Origin: Eledone cirrhosa
Taxonomy: Eukaryota
Length of the DNA stretch: 64,000 nucleotides
NCBI GenBank assembly: GCA_964016885.1
Contig: OZ024754.1
Location: 35,402,001 to 35,466,000, forward strand
Reading direction: 5' to 3'
Numbering within the stretch: the first letter of the stretch is position 1; each line of letters starts with the position of its first letter. A model generated the notes under the pieces. That model was not told where the DNA came from, ran no database searches, and worked only from the letters and a program-made list of their open reading frames with translations. A program made the translations under genes and the position numbers. This document shows, piece after piece, positions 28,005-41,384 of the stretch.

Positions 28005-28121
28005 ATATATATATGTGTGTGTGTGGGGGGGGGGGGGGGGGCGTGCGTATATATATACACATTATATATATATATATATATATATAATAGTAATAAACGG
28101 AATATATAACACTATAGCATT

Positions 28122-28231
28122 ATTATTTATTTCAATATACATATTTTAGGGATACTAAATTATAGTAGGCTTTCTTCAGACAGAATAAAATATAAGGTGT
28201 ATAAAATGTTATATGACATACTCGTTTGTAC

Positions 28232-28288
<57 letters not shown>

Positions 28289-28393
28289 AACGAGTATGTC
28301 ATATAACATTTTATACACCTTATATTTTATTCTGTCTGAAGAAAGCCTACTATAATTTAGTATCCCTAAAATATGTATATTGAAATAAATAAT
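28122..28393. repeat. Long palindrome, about 110 bp perfect arms around (TA)n
   Basis: attatttatttcaatatac...ctcgtttgtaca / tgtacaaacgag...gtatattgaaataaataat. Confidence 0.9.
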
Positions 28394-28560
28394 TGTTTCT
28401 ACTTTTGGCACAAGGCCAGCAATTACCCAGTGTATTACTGGTACTTTATTTCATCGACCCCGTAAGGATGAAAGGCAAAGTCAACCTCGGCGGGATTTGA
28501 ACTCAGGTCGTAAAGGGACGTAACTATGCTGGAAAGCATGGCGTCCGACCCTCCACCGAT
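28391..28560 (-). mobile_element. S1 SINE, short subfamily
   Basis: Matches the S1 sequence. Confidence 0.85.
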
Positions 28561-29077
28561 TCTAGTGTTATATATTACGTTTATTACTATTATATATATA
28601 TATATATATATATATAATGTGTGTATATATATATATATAATGTGTATATATATATATATATAATGTGTATATATATACATATATAATGTGTATATATATA
28701 CATATATAATGTGTATATATATACATATATAATGTGTATATATATACATATATAATGTGTATATATATACATATATAATGTGTATATATATACATATATA
28801 ATGTGTATATATATACATATATAATGTGTATATATATACATATATAATGTGTATATATATACGCCCCACTCCCACATATATACATTAACATTAACAACAA
28901 AACAACACTTTTTTCGGAGATGGGCGCACAACAAGATATTTAGAGGAAAGGAACTGACAATTATATCGATTTCAATACTTGACTGGTTGGCACTTCATTT
29001 TATTGATCATCGATTGATGAAAGGAAACAATGACTTAGGATGAATTTCAACTCATTTAAATTAATTATGCAAATTTA

Positions 29078-29298
29078 TAACTGTTTCTACTTTAGGCACA
29101 AGGCCAGCAATTTGAAGGGAGGAGAAAGTCGATTAAATCGACCCCAGTGCATTACTGGTGCTTTATTAATCGACCTCGTAAGGACGAAAGGCAAAGCTAA
29201 CCCCAGCGGGATTTGAATACATAACGTAAAGGGCCGTAACTCTATGCCGCGAACTATGGTGTCCAGCGCTCTACCGTTACCTCCAATCCACCACCCTT
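29078..29298 (-). mobile_element. S1 SINE, long subfamily
   Basis: Has an extra gaagggaggagaaagtcgattaaatcgacc segment. Confidence 0.8.
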
Positions 29299-29448
29299 AT
29301 GGCAAAATTAGTAATGTATTATCAACTAGTGACTAGAGTCCTGATTGGTGACTGGTTTCACATCCATTTATTGTTAAGCAAATCAGCAGTTTTAGATCCC
29401 AAAATAAAGGAACTTTCTTTCCAATATATATCACAATTTAACAATAAG

Positions 29449-29606
29449 TATCGTATTTCCCGGCGCTGAAGACGCTTCGTCGTCGAGGACGCACCCTAAT
29501 TTTGACAACCAAAAATTTGAAAAGAAAATAATAAACAACCTTCAGCCTGCAGGACGCATGGTAGATTTTTTAAAGGAAAACAGTAACGTCTTCGGGAAAT
29601 AAGGTA
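29449..29606. mobile_element. Tc2-like MITE, opposite orientation to 23017-23188
   Basis: TA-tcgtatttcccgg ... cgggaaataagg-TA; shared internal sequence. Confidence 0.7.
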
Positions 29607-29845
29607 CTTTTTTTCTTATTTTTATTGCTAATCGAATTAAGCAATGGGGTATACTAGTGAAATAAAGTTGTCCCAATTTATAATACTGTTAGGAGAAAAA
29701 TGTTCCATGTACATATTTAAAACAGGCACGTATACATATCATTACTTTAATTTGATCAAAATTAACCAATATTAGTATTGAAAAGGTTAAAAGAAAACTA
29801 AAACATAAAACAAAACCCAATAATATAATGTAGTATAATATAATA

Positions 29846-30111
29846 TAATATAATGTACATATATTTTGCCATTACAACAGCAGAGGTACGACAAATTTTT
29901 GATTCCAGGATTGGGCCAAATCGATACAAATCGAACCTTGAACTAATCAATAGCGAAACGCGCGTCACGAATCAATGATAATATAATGTACATATATTCC
30001 GCCATTACAACAGCAGAGGTACGACAAATTTTTGATTCCAGGATTGGGCCAAATCGATACAGATCGAACCTTGAACTAATCAATAGCGAAACGCGCGTCA
30101 CCAATCAATGA
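29846..30111. repeat. 133-bp tandem duplication
   Basis: Two near-identical units, each containing GAAACgcgcGTC. Confidence 0.9.
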
Positions 30112-30247
30112 ACGCAATGAAGGCATAACAAACCATCCCTGTACTATTATATACACTCTGTTTAGCTCTACACCTAGCTACAGACGTGAACCTAAACATC
30201 GAATGCTCACCTGGATGAACCTACAGTAACTTAACCTTACACTCCCT

Positions 30248-30298
<51 letters not shown>

Positions 30299-32632
30299 TT
30301 AGAAAGCCACAACAATGCAGATGGGAAATCTCGAGGTAAGAAGTGAGTGAGAAATAGGAGAAAAGTGAAAATGAAAATGAAAACAAAACAAAGGTAGAAG
30401 GGTTACCGTAGTGGAGATTTAATCCATAGTACTAAGAAAATGTTTTTTTAATTTTAAATTCACGTTACATTTATCAGTTCTAGGTGTCAAAATTTTCATC
30501 GTACTGTTTGTGACCTGGTCACTGACGATTCAATTGAGGCCCTTTCTGTGGGAATGGCGCATGATGCAACGAATGCAAAGGATGTAACGAACATTTTGAA
30601 GTCAAGAAACAAATGATAATTTCAAATGTGTGTTTTGGAGCGAATGGCTATAATGGTTCTTGCACGATGTAATTGATCTGAGATCAATAGTAATTGATCA
30701 TAGTAATTGATCTTAGACAAGTATAACTGTGGTTAAACTGACTCTTCTATGATGTAACTGCTTTAGTTTCAGCACACAGTCTCAGATCAAGTCAGTTACC
30801 ATGTCATGGTTGGTTGTTTGGCTATTCTCTTCCAAATCCTGTCGTTCCCAGTTCCATTCCATTGCGTGGAACCTGGCTGTAAATATCTCCTACATTGTGG
30901 ACAGACCGACCAAAATCATGTCAATGAAATTTCGCGGACGGAAATTACTAGTAAGTACCGTTTCTATTTTGTGGGCAGTGGATTTAAACACTATCTTTAA
31001 GATAACGGCGTGAACCTTGTGTGGTTTTAGCAGAGTTCGCAGCACTTGCAAATACTGAAACACTGTCTCCGGCCTTAACGTAATTTCCTTTCAAGTTCTT
31101 TTCAGCCTTAGGGGCCACAAATAAAATGTAATGGTAATCACATTACTACCTCTGATGAGTTCTGAAATAATTAATTGAATCAATATCAATACTTATTTTA
31201 TCGATCTAGGTTGAATGGAACTTAACAACAGCAATGACAACGACGACTACGACGAGGTCAGTCGAAGGAAAGACAATATGAAGTCTTTGTATAAATCACT
31301 GTACATAGAGGGCATCAATATAATATCTGCCTTGCTGTATTGTGATGAGGTTGGTATAAAAGTAAACAGGACACGGGAAATGAAAAGAAACATTTCTGAA
31401 TAAATAAACAAAGACGTACAAGATATGAGCTTCGAAAATTCTAGAAAAAGTCGATAAATTTCACATTTCGAATAATAATTAAACCGAATTAATAAAATTT
31501 CAAAGGAACTAGATTTTTCTTTTTTATGCTTGTATTAGAGAAGGTTAATATAGATAGGGATGGTGATGATGATAGTAGTAGTAATGGTAGTAGTGATGGT
31601 GGTGGTATTAGTAGTGATGGTAATAGTGGTGGTGGTGGTTTGTTGTTATTAGCGATTGTGTTGATTGCTTGTTGTAGGGTTGTACAGCTGTCATCAAAAA
31701 ACGAAGCCCCAACATACAATCACACACATACAAAGAAGAAGAAAAAGAAAAAGAAAAAGAAGAAGAAGAAGAAGAAGAAGTATGAGTGGTAAGGGTTGGG
31801 TGGTGGAATATAATGAATATTTTAAGAAAAAAATAGGACCGAAAACAATGAAGTGAGGGATAAAAAAGACGAAGTCGAAAGAAAAAACTGATTAGAGCGG
31901 GGAAGAGAAATGTCGGAGTGGATAATAGAATAGAAGTTGTAGAAAGAGGATGAGATGGAGGAGAGATGGAGGAGAAATGAGTGAGATGGAGGAGAGATGA
32001 GTGAGATGGAGGAGCGATCGATCAGAGGTGAGGAAACGATAGAAAAACAAAACAAAACAAAACATAACATAACATAAAAAAAATGTAGATCGAGGAATGA
32101 CATTTCATTTTGTAGTTGATTATCTTGAAAAAAAAAAAAAAAAAAAAAAAAAAACGAAAATAAAGGAAAAGGCGAATAAATGAAAGAAAAAAAAGAAAGT
32201 GAAGAAAGTCAAAAGACAAAACAATAAGAGAAGAGAAGAAGAAAGAAACTTTCTAAGAAAAAATAGAGGTAAAAATCAACAACAACAAAATGATTTTGTA
32301 AACATAAAAAAAAAAATGTATATGAATGAATAGTAGATAAATAAATAAAATACCATAAACAGGTAAAAAAAACATATTTAAAAAACAACTAAACAAATCT
32401 AAATCCCGATATACGTTTTTTGTCTCAAATGCCCTTCACCTTACAACTCAAGCAGTCTCGCCTGTATATATATGTTGAATTTGGGAAAGATGGGTGGTCC
32501 ACGTATGACTTGCAGAATTTGGAAAGTGAGTACTGTTTGGTTTGGCAGGAGTCATGGGTTCAGGCTGGTGTTTAGTTTAGGGTGTTGGTTGAGGGCTCGT
32601 AGACTGATTGGAGCAATAACAGTCTTATTTAC

Positions 32633-32695
<63 letters not shown>

Positions 32696-32698
<3 letters not shown>

Positions 32699-32886
32699 CG
32701 GAGGACATGTGGTAGGGAACCAGGTGGACCATAACGCACCAAAGTACTCAATACTTAGGGTAGTAGAGTGGCTAATAGGAAGGAGTAGGACCCCGACGGC
32801 TGAGCTCAAGCCGTTTCGACGGCTCATTTTAGTGTAGAATTAGCCGTCGAAACGGCTTGAGCTCAGCCGTCGGGGTCCTACTCGTT

Positions 32887-32890
<4 letters not shown>
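32696..32890. mobile_element. Family C hairpin element
   Basis: Same layout as 1805-1998. Confidence 0.8.
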
Positions 32891-32920
<30 letters not shown>

Positions 32921-32923
<3 letters not shown>

Positions 32924-35113
32924 CTTTGTAGAATTATATATATAGCTTTGTAGAATTATATATACAGCTTTGTAGAATTATATATACAGCTTTGTAGAAT
33001 TATATATATAGCTTTGTAGAATTATATATATAGCTTTGTAGAATTATATATATAGCTTTGTAGAATTATATATATAGCTTTGTAGAATTATATATATAGC
33101 TTTGTAGAATTATATATATAGCTTTGTAGAATTATATATATAGCTTTGTAGAATTATATATATAGCTTTGTAGAATTATATATACAGCTTTGTAGAATTA
33201 TATATATAGCTTTGTAGAATTATATATACAGCTTTGTAGAATTATATATACAGCTTTGTAGAATTATATATATAGCTTTGTAGAATTATATATATAGCTT
33301 TGTAGAATTATATATATAGCTTTGTAGAATTATATATACAGCTTTGTAGAATTATATATATAGCTTTGTAGAATTATATATATAGCTTTGTAGAATTATA
33401 TATATAGCTTTGTAGAATTATATATATAGCTTTGTAGAATTATATATATAGCTTTGTAGAATTATATATATAGCTTTGTAGAATTATATATACAGCTTTG
33501 TAGAATTATATATATAGCTTTGTAGAATTATATATATAGCTTTGTAGAATTATATATACAGCTTTGTAGAATTATATATATAGCTTTGTAGAATTATATA
33601 TACAGCTTTGTAGAATTATATATATAGCTTTGTAGAATTATATATATAGCTTTGTAGAATTATATATATAGCTTTGTAGAATTATATATATAGCTTTGTA
33701 GAATTATATATATAGCTTTGTAGAATTATATATATAGCTTTGTAGAATTATATATACAGCTTTGTAGAATTATATATACAGCTTTGTAGAATTATATATA
33801 TAGCTTTGTAGAATTATATATATAGCTTTGTAGAATTATATATACAGCTTTGTAGAATTATATATATAGCTTTGTAGAATTATATATATAGCTTTGTAGA
33901 ATTATATATATAGCTTTGTAGAATTATATATATAGCTTTGTAGAATTATATATACAGCTTTGTAGAATTATATATATAGCTTTGTAGAATTATATATATA
34001 GCTTTGTAGAATTATATATACAGCTTTGTAGAATTATATATATAGCTTTGTAGAATTATATATATAGCTTTGTAGAATTATATATACAGCTTTGTAGAAT
34101 TATATATATAGCTTTGTAGAATTATATATATAGCTTTGTAGAATTATATATATAGCTTTGTAGAATTATATATACAGCTTTGTAGAATTATATATACAGC
34201 TTTGTAGAATTATATATATAGCTTTGTAGAATTATATATACAGCTTTGTAGAATTATATATACAGCTTTGTAGAATTATATATATAGCTTTGTAGAATTA
34301 TATATATAGCTTTGTAGAATTATATATATAGCTTTGTAGAATTATATATATAGCTTTGTAGAATTATATATATAGCTTTGTAGAATTATATATATAGCTT
34401 TGTAGAATTATATATATAGCTTTGTAGAATTATATATATAGCTTTGTAGAATTATATATATAGCTTTGTAGAATTATATATATAGCTTTGTAGAATTATA
34501 TATATAGCTTTGTAGAATTATATATATAGCTTTGTAGAATTATATATACAGCTTTGTAGAATTATATATATAGCTTTGTAGAATTATATATATAGCTTTG
34601 TAGAATTATATATATAGCTTTGTAGAATTATATATATAGCTTTGTAGAATTATATATATAGCTTTGTAGAATTATATATATAGCTTTGTAGAATTATATA
34701 TATAGCTTTGTAGAATTATATATATAGCTTTGTAGAATTATATATACAGCTTTGTAGAATTATATATATAGCTTTGTAGAATTATATATATAGCTTTGTA
34801 GAATTATATATATAGCTTTGTAGAATTATATATACAGCTTTGTAGAATTATATATATAGCTTTGTAGAATTATATATATAGCTTTGTAGAATTATATATA
34901 TAGCTTTGTAGAATTATATATACAGCTTTGTAGAATTATATATATAGCTTTGTAGAATTATATATATAGCTTTGTAGAATTATATATATAGCTTTGTAGA
35001 ATTATATATATAGCTTTGTAGAATTATATATACAGCTTTGTAGAATTATATATATAGCTTTGTAGAATTATATATATAGCTTTGTAGAATTATATATATA
35101 GCTTTGTAGAATT
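32921..35113. repeat. 22-bp minisatellite gctttgtagaattatatata(t/c)a, about 100 copies
   Basis: Period 22, nearly homogeneous, one T/C variant. Confidence 0.95.
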
Positions 35114-35226
35114 AGCTTTTAATGAATTCCCTTTTCTATCAACCAATGACCTGCACCCATCCCACTCCCCACCCTCTCCTACCACTTGTAGAGACCTATA
35201 AATACCATATTTATTTTTTGATACCC

Positions 35227-35277
35227 AGATTCCTGATGATTTCTAATGAATGAAACAGTTCTAGTCCTGTAGAATCT
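35227..35277 (+). ncRNA. Type I hammerhead ribozyme motif in family A element (about 35197-35361)
   Basis: agattc-CTGATGA-tttctaatgaat-GAA-ACAG ttctagtc CTGT-A-gaatct; GUA site. Confidence 0.75.
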
Positions 35278-35359
35278 CATCTATATTAAAACTTTTATAC
35301 TCTGCTATGTATTGAGTACCTTACTTACTGTGGTTACCTCCGATTCAACCCGGAATAAC

Positions 35360-35409
<50 letters not shown>

Positions 35410-35416
35410 ATATATA

Positions 35417-35583
35417 TAGGAAAAGAGTCAGGACCCCGACGGCTAGATCCGAACAGTTCGGATCAAGCTGTCGAAACGGCCGGAGCTCAGCCGTCGGAGT
35501 CCTGACTCTTTTCCTATTACCCACTCTACCACCCTATATATCGAGTACTCTGGCCCACCTGGTTTCTTACCATACTTTCTTTG

Positions 35584-35586
<3 letters not shown>
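35417..35586. mobile_element. Family C hairpin element, partly deleted
   Basis: gtcctgactcttttcc subfamily; (TA)n flanks. Confidence 0.7.
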
Positions 35587-35628
<42 letters not shown>

Positions 35629-35888
35629 CATTAAAATAACAGATTAAAGTTTAAGCAAAGAATCGCTGCTTTCACCCTTAACGGCATCTTCTTTGGATTT
35701 TAGTCTTCACATTTATTATTATTACTGTATATAAAATAAAGTACCAGTAATGCACTCTGGGTAATTGCTGGCCTTGTGCCTAAAGCAGAAACAATTATTA
35801 TGACTGTATATATATATATATATATATATATTATAAAATGAAATGATAGGAGGCCAAAAATGTTGAATTTCCTTAATTATTTATTCCT

Positions 35889-35957
35889 GCAAACACTATG
35901 CACATTTCAGTGACCAGGTTGCGTAAGAACCCGGTGACATCTTCAGGTGTAAATTGC
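35889..35957 (-). ncRNA. Type I hammerhead-like motif followed by AATAAA
   Basis: Minus strand: acac-CTGAAGA-tgtca ccgggtt cttacgc aacctgg tcact-GAAAT gtgc AT-A-gtgt...aataaa. Confidence 0.55.
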
Positions 35958-36076
35958 GCAATAGATGTATACCAACGGAATGATGGTAAACTTTAAGGAA
36001 ACAAGCAAAAAAAAAAAAACATAGAAGAAAAAAAGTGTGTGTTTATGTTTTTGACTTCGAAGTAGCATGTTGTTAT

Positions 36077-36492
36077 AATTGTTTCTACTTTAGGCACAAG
36101 GACAGCAATTACCCAGTGCATTACTGGTACTTTATTTTATCTACCCCGTAAGGATGAAAGGCAAAGTCAACCTCGGCGGGATTTGAACTCAGACCGCAAA
36201 GGGACGTAACTATGCTGGAAAGCATGGCGTCCGACCCTCTACCGATACTGCCAAATGGTTTCTGATTTAGGCACAAGGCCAGCAATTTTGGTGGAGGGGG
36301 AAGTCGATTAAATCGACCCCAGTACGTTACTGGTACTTTATTTTATCGATCCCGAAAGGATGAAAGGGAAAGTTAACCTCGACGGGATTTGAAATCAGAA
36401 CGTAAAGGACCGTAACTCTATGCTGCAAATCATGGTGTCTAAAGCTCTACCAATGCTTCTAAAGCTCTACCAATGCTTCTAATCCTCCGCTC
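36077..36492 (-). mobile_element. Adjacent S1 SINEs: short (36077-36254) and long (36258-36492)
   Basis: Both match S1. Confidence 0.85.
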
Positions 36493-37278
36493 AACCAATA
36501 ATAATAATAATAATATTGGTAACAAAATTCCTCATGATGTCATCTAAGTAAAACAACAACAACAATAAATGGGAAGGGTGTGTGGGGGGGGGGGGAGAAA
36601 TCCGATGAAAGAATTAAATAAACAATATTTAAAATCGATAAATTATGAACAGAGATTTAGGTTTTCCAGTGAATGATTGCTAATTTGAAGAATTATTGGT
36701 TATTCTTGAAAAAACAAAATGGAAGATCAACCGAGAGAGAGAAAAAGAGAGGGAGAGAGAAAAGATATATATATAGGAGAGATGGGAATCGAGTGAGAAA
36801 GAAAGTGCGATAACTGGATAGAAAGAGATCACGAAAATTTAAATAATATTTAGAAAAAAAAAAAAATAATACAAGACACAAAGAAAGCATTTCCTGTTAA
36901 GAAGCTCTCAGATTTGATATTTATTTCGCCAAATAAAGCCTGATAGTTGATATAATAAATGAAAATAAAACAGAGAAATAAGGTCAGTTCAATGTTTGTA
37001 ACATATTCTCAACTGGTTGAGATGAAACAGGATTTTAAATTCTACACATAATAGCTCAACTACTATAGATGAATCACGGGATATATTGGCAGTATGAATG
37101 GAAAATAAAAGAATTACGCTAAAAATTAAGAACTAATATTAAAAGATGGCCTAAAAGGGACGAATGAAGTTAAGTTTACAAGACAATGAACATAAAACCA
37201 CTGGTCCTATTTTATAACTGCGAAGATGACTTTCGAGTCCAGCTTTGCTGAGCAGAGTCTTGCACAGACACTGCATGT

Positions 37279-37314
<36 letters not shown>

Positions 37315-37552
37315 GACATACACACATAAACGAATAAAACGGTTTCTTTTATCGACTCACGGGGATTTCAGAACCTTCATTCAAGGAGCTTGTGTAGCAA
37401 ATCGCTTATAATTAAATGTCAAAATTTCCGACAGGAGATCGACAAGAACTTAAAACGACATATTTGATGTTACACTTTCATTACTTTAATACTTAAGTAC
37501 AACACTTATATCTGTTGAATCCAGAAACCTTTGAAGACATACTCGGAGAAAC

Positions 37553-37647
<95 letters not shown>

Positions 37648-38662
37648 CGTGCGCGCGTTCTTCTGGTTTTATCATTTTATAAATTTTCACCGACAGAGAG
37701 CCGGTTTCTAACATAGAAATAAGGCCTTTTAATTGGAATTTAGACAGCATGAACCCGGTAAATACGTATGTATGCTTGTATGCATTTGTTTGTGTGTATT
37801 TGCGTGTATGTGCAGGTATGGATGTTATTGTGATTGTGGATCTACATGTTTTGAGTTATATGTGTACACCAGCATGTTTCGGTGTTTTTAACACAAAGCT
37901 TTCTATCCGACGTTCTAACGACCCCCTTAAGTATGTATATAGTTAAATTTAATGAGGAGTTGAAACCAAACTGACTGAAACTAGCAGTTTCAGCCAAGTA
38001 TTACTACACTAGTTTTTTTTATCAGTCAGACTCTTTGTTCAAAATGGCTGACTGATGTAACAAGCGTGAGCAGCTTAATAAAAATTACACTTTCAGACAT
38101 TTTGGTTTCGGCTGAACTTCCTCGGTTTACTTCTGTTAGCCTTTAATAACCTATCTCCACACACATATGTATACGCACGTGTGTACGCATGTATACATTT
38201 CTGTGAATATGTGTGCGAGTGTGTAGAGGAATGTTTTTAATTCTTTTCATTGTTAAGGAGTAAAATAAAAAAAATAGGAGCAAAATTCCTTCTCATTTTT
38301 TAAGTATACACTGCTGTGTATACACACATACATACATTCACACACACACTATATATATATATATACGCAAACAAGACCATTATTACTCCAACCAGTTTAT
38401 TCACCATCTTAATTCTACTTTTGAAAAGCACAAGAACTGCGAAACCGGTAAAGGAACCAAATAAATATATAAAAAAAAAAAAAAAGACTCCAGTTGCATT
38501 TTCGATTTCATCTTTTTTCCTTATACTTTCACTCGTGTAGGACATCTCGTTTTTTTTCATTTTGGGAAGAAAAAACTCATTTTCTAATATATATGTAGAA
38601 GAGATATTTCCAGGGATAACTTGAACCGTTAAGGTATATATATCATCCTTGGTCATGTCAAA

Positions 38663-38760
38663 TATTTATAAAACATTTTGTATTTTATCTGATGATAGCG
38701 TACCAAAATCTTTGGTACCCTTGAAATATATATAATAGAATAAATATGGTTTTATAAATA
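38663..38760 (+). ncRNA. Type I hammerhead motif with extended stem I
   Basis: tattttat-CTGATGA-tagc gtaccaaa atc tttggtac cctt-GAAAT atat AT-A-atagaata; outer 12 bp helix tatttataaaac/gttttataaata. Confidence 0.65.
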
Positions 38761-38809
38761 TAGTTTCCATTTATTTAATATCAATATATATATATATACA
38801 CTTATTTCT

Positions 38810-38857
38810 GTATTACCAGCGGTTTTAAGACGTTAACACGTATAGTTCTTCAGATAC
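38810..38857 (-). ncRNA. Degenerate hammerhead motif
   Basis: Minus strand: gtat-CTGAAGA-...-aAAAC cgctg GT-A-atac; G of GAAA is mutated. Confidence 0.4.
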
Positions 38858-39398
38858 CTGGAAAATATATGTGTCTGCCTGTGCGCGCGCGTGTGCGTGT
38901 GTGCGCGCGTGTGTGCGTGTGCGTGTGCGTGCGCGTGTATGTGTCTTGTTAAATGTAAGTATAATCTGAGTGCGTGTAGGTCTATGGTGAGATTGGAAGA
39001 TTATTTATATTGAAAAGTTCTCTAAAAGTACCAAAATGAGAGCTTCTTAGACACTTCTCTCTCTCTCTCTCGTCTTTCCCCCCTCTCCTATTATCTCTCC
39101 GTTTTTCACACCCACTATCTTTCCCGCCCACTCTCTCTGTCATCCATATTCTATCTCTATTTATAGCATGTCTAAAAACAAGAATCAATACAGAAAAAAG
39201 TATCGTCTGATCTTCAGAGGTCAACGTCTTATGAGGAAGGGGGAGATAATCAGCTGACACAAAAAGACGAAGAAGAGGTGTTGGAGTCGGAGTTGAGAAA
39301 ATGATATCGAATAAGATGGATAAGATTGAAAAATAAGAAAAGTGAGAGAGCGAGAGAGTGTGTGTGAGTGAGAGATAGAGAAGGAAAGAGAGAGAAAG

Positions 39399-39550
<152 letters not shown>

Positions 39551-39764
39551 AAGGTGCGAGAAATGACTAGAAACAAACGAATTTGGTCTTCGATTGTGAA
39601 GTGTGATCTGATTAAAATGTGTGTTAGAGCAATTTCATTTCTTAAACATTTTCGGCACGGACGCATAGCCAATTGATTTGCTATGACAGGAACATACAGA
39701 TATATAAAGAGATGAATGATAGACATAGTACTAACAGGTCGACAGAAATACATAATATTCTTAT

Positions 39765-39972
39765 ATAGGCACAAGGCCAGACATTTTCGGGGAGAGGGGA
39801 AATCGATTAAACCAACCCCAGTGCGTGACTGGTACTTTACTTTATCGACCCCGTAAGGATGAAAGGCAGAGTCAACCTCGGCGGAATTTGAACTCAGATC
39901 AGAAATGGCCGTAACTCTATGCTGCAAAGCATGGCGTCCGACCCTCTACCGATACTGCCAATCCACCGCCCT
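39765..39972 (-). mobile_element. S1 SINE, long subfamily
   Basis: Matches S1; atacataata near both ends. Confidence 0.85.
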
Positions 39973-40463
39973 ACAAATATACATAATACTAACAACTGAT
40001 TGTTACTGAGAGGCTGGACTAATGAATGCCAGGTTATGTACGAAACTAACACTAAGGGTGTACGCGGAAACTTCATGGTTCCAACTTCCTACTTGGACTG
40101 TTATATAGTAAGATTAAAATAGAAAGGATACCCGTCGATTTCGACGATTAGTGTTCCAAAACTTCAATCAATGGAACAGCCACTTGTGAAATTAAAATGG
40201 CTGAAGATTCTGCAGACACGAATACCCTTAGTATTAATCTCAATTTGTGACAAAGATGGCCTATTGAATTTCTGGTACAGTTGAAGCGGTTGCCAAGCGG
40301 TTTCCGTCTACTTAACTTCGCTCACAAGATTTTGCTTGCTTCAAGGCTACAGTAAATATTTGATAAGTTCAAGAATTCTAGGCAGGAAGGAAACTATGGA
40401 ATCCCTCCAGATAGATCGTAGCTTTACTTTAATGTCTTGCTTTGTTATATATTGTATCTCACT

Positions 40464-40651
40464 AAGCGGTGGATTGGCAGGATTGGTAGAGTGTCGGATG
40501 CCATGCTTTGACGCATAGAGTTACGACCCTTGCCATTCTGAGTTCAAATCCCGCCGAGGTTAACTTTGCCTTTCATCCTTACGGGGGTCGTTAAAATAAA
40601 GTACCAGTAATACACTGGGTAATTGCTGGCCTTGTGCCTAACGTAGAAACA
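40464..40651 (+). mobile_element. Full S1 SINE with 20-bp TSD
   Basis: gttatatattgtatctcact at 40444-40463 and 40652-40671. Confidence 0.9.
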
Positions 40652-40820
40652 GTTATATATTGTATCTCACTGATTCGCCATAAGAATTATGTTAAGAGTA
40701 TACGAATCTGTGGAATACTTAGCCACTTAATATTGTTTTAACCGGTTAAATCAACACTTGCGCCTTACGTGACGTGAAGCAAGTGTCAATAGTTTTACCA
40801 CTAATGAAATGCTACTACAT

Positions 40821-41370
40821 AGGCGGCGAATTGGTAGAGTCGTTAGAACGTCTGATAGAATGGTAGAGTCGTTAGAACGTCTGTATAGAATGGTAGAGTC
40901 GTTAGAACGTCTGATAGAATGGTAGAGGCGTTAGAACGTCTGATAGAATGGTAGAGGCGTTAGAACGTCTGATAGAATGGTAGAGTCGTTAGAAACGTCT
41001 GATAGAATGGTAGAGGCGTTAGAACGTCTGATAGAATGGTAGAGTCGTTAGAACGTCTGATAGAATGGTAGAGTCGTTAGACGTCTGATAGAATGGTAGA
41101 GTCGTTAGAACGTCTGATAGAATGCTTTATGGTATTAGTTCCGGTTCTCTACGCTCTGAGTCCAAATCACGCCGAGGACAGCTTTGCCTTTCATCATTTC
41201 GAGGTCGATAAAAACGTACCAGTCTAGTATTGGGATCGATTCTTCCCCTCTCTGGAAGAAATCTTCTGTACTCCGGCCTTGAGAGAGATGGGCTCCACCA
41301 GGCTTAAGATGCCCAAGAAACGCCGTATGTCAATACGGAGCCCCTACGACTCTATCAGGAGTTATAGGAC
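40821..41370 (+). mobile_element. S3 SINE whose head segment is amplified as a 29-bp tandem repeat
   Basis: ggcggcgaat, then about 10 x tggtagagtcgttagaacgtctgatagaa (40832-41122), then B-box, body and tail. Confidence 0.8.
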
Positions 41371-41384
41371 CATACATACATACA

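Noticed and set aside
31145-31180. CTGATGAgttctGAAAT motif (also isolated CTGATGA at 8382, 9275, 15075 minus and 22820 minus)
   Set aside because: Stem I/III pairing or the GAAA...UH part cannot be formed convincingly
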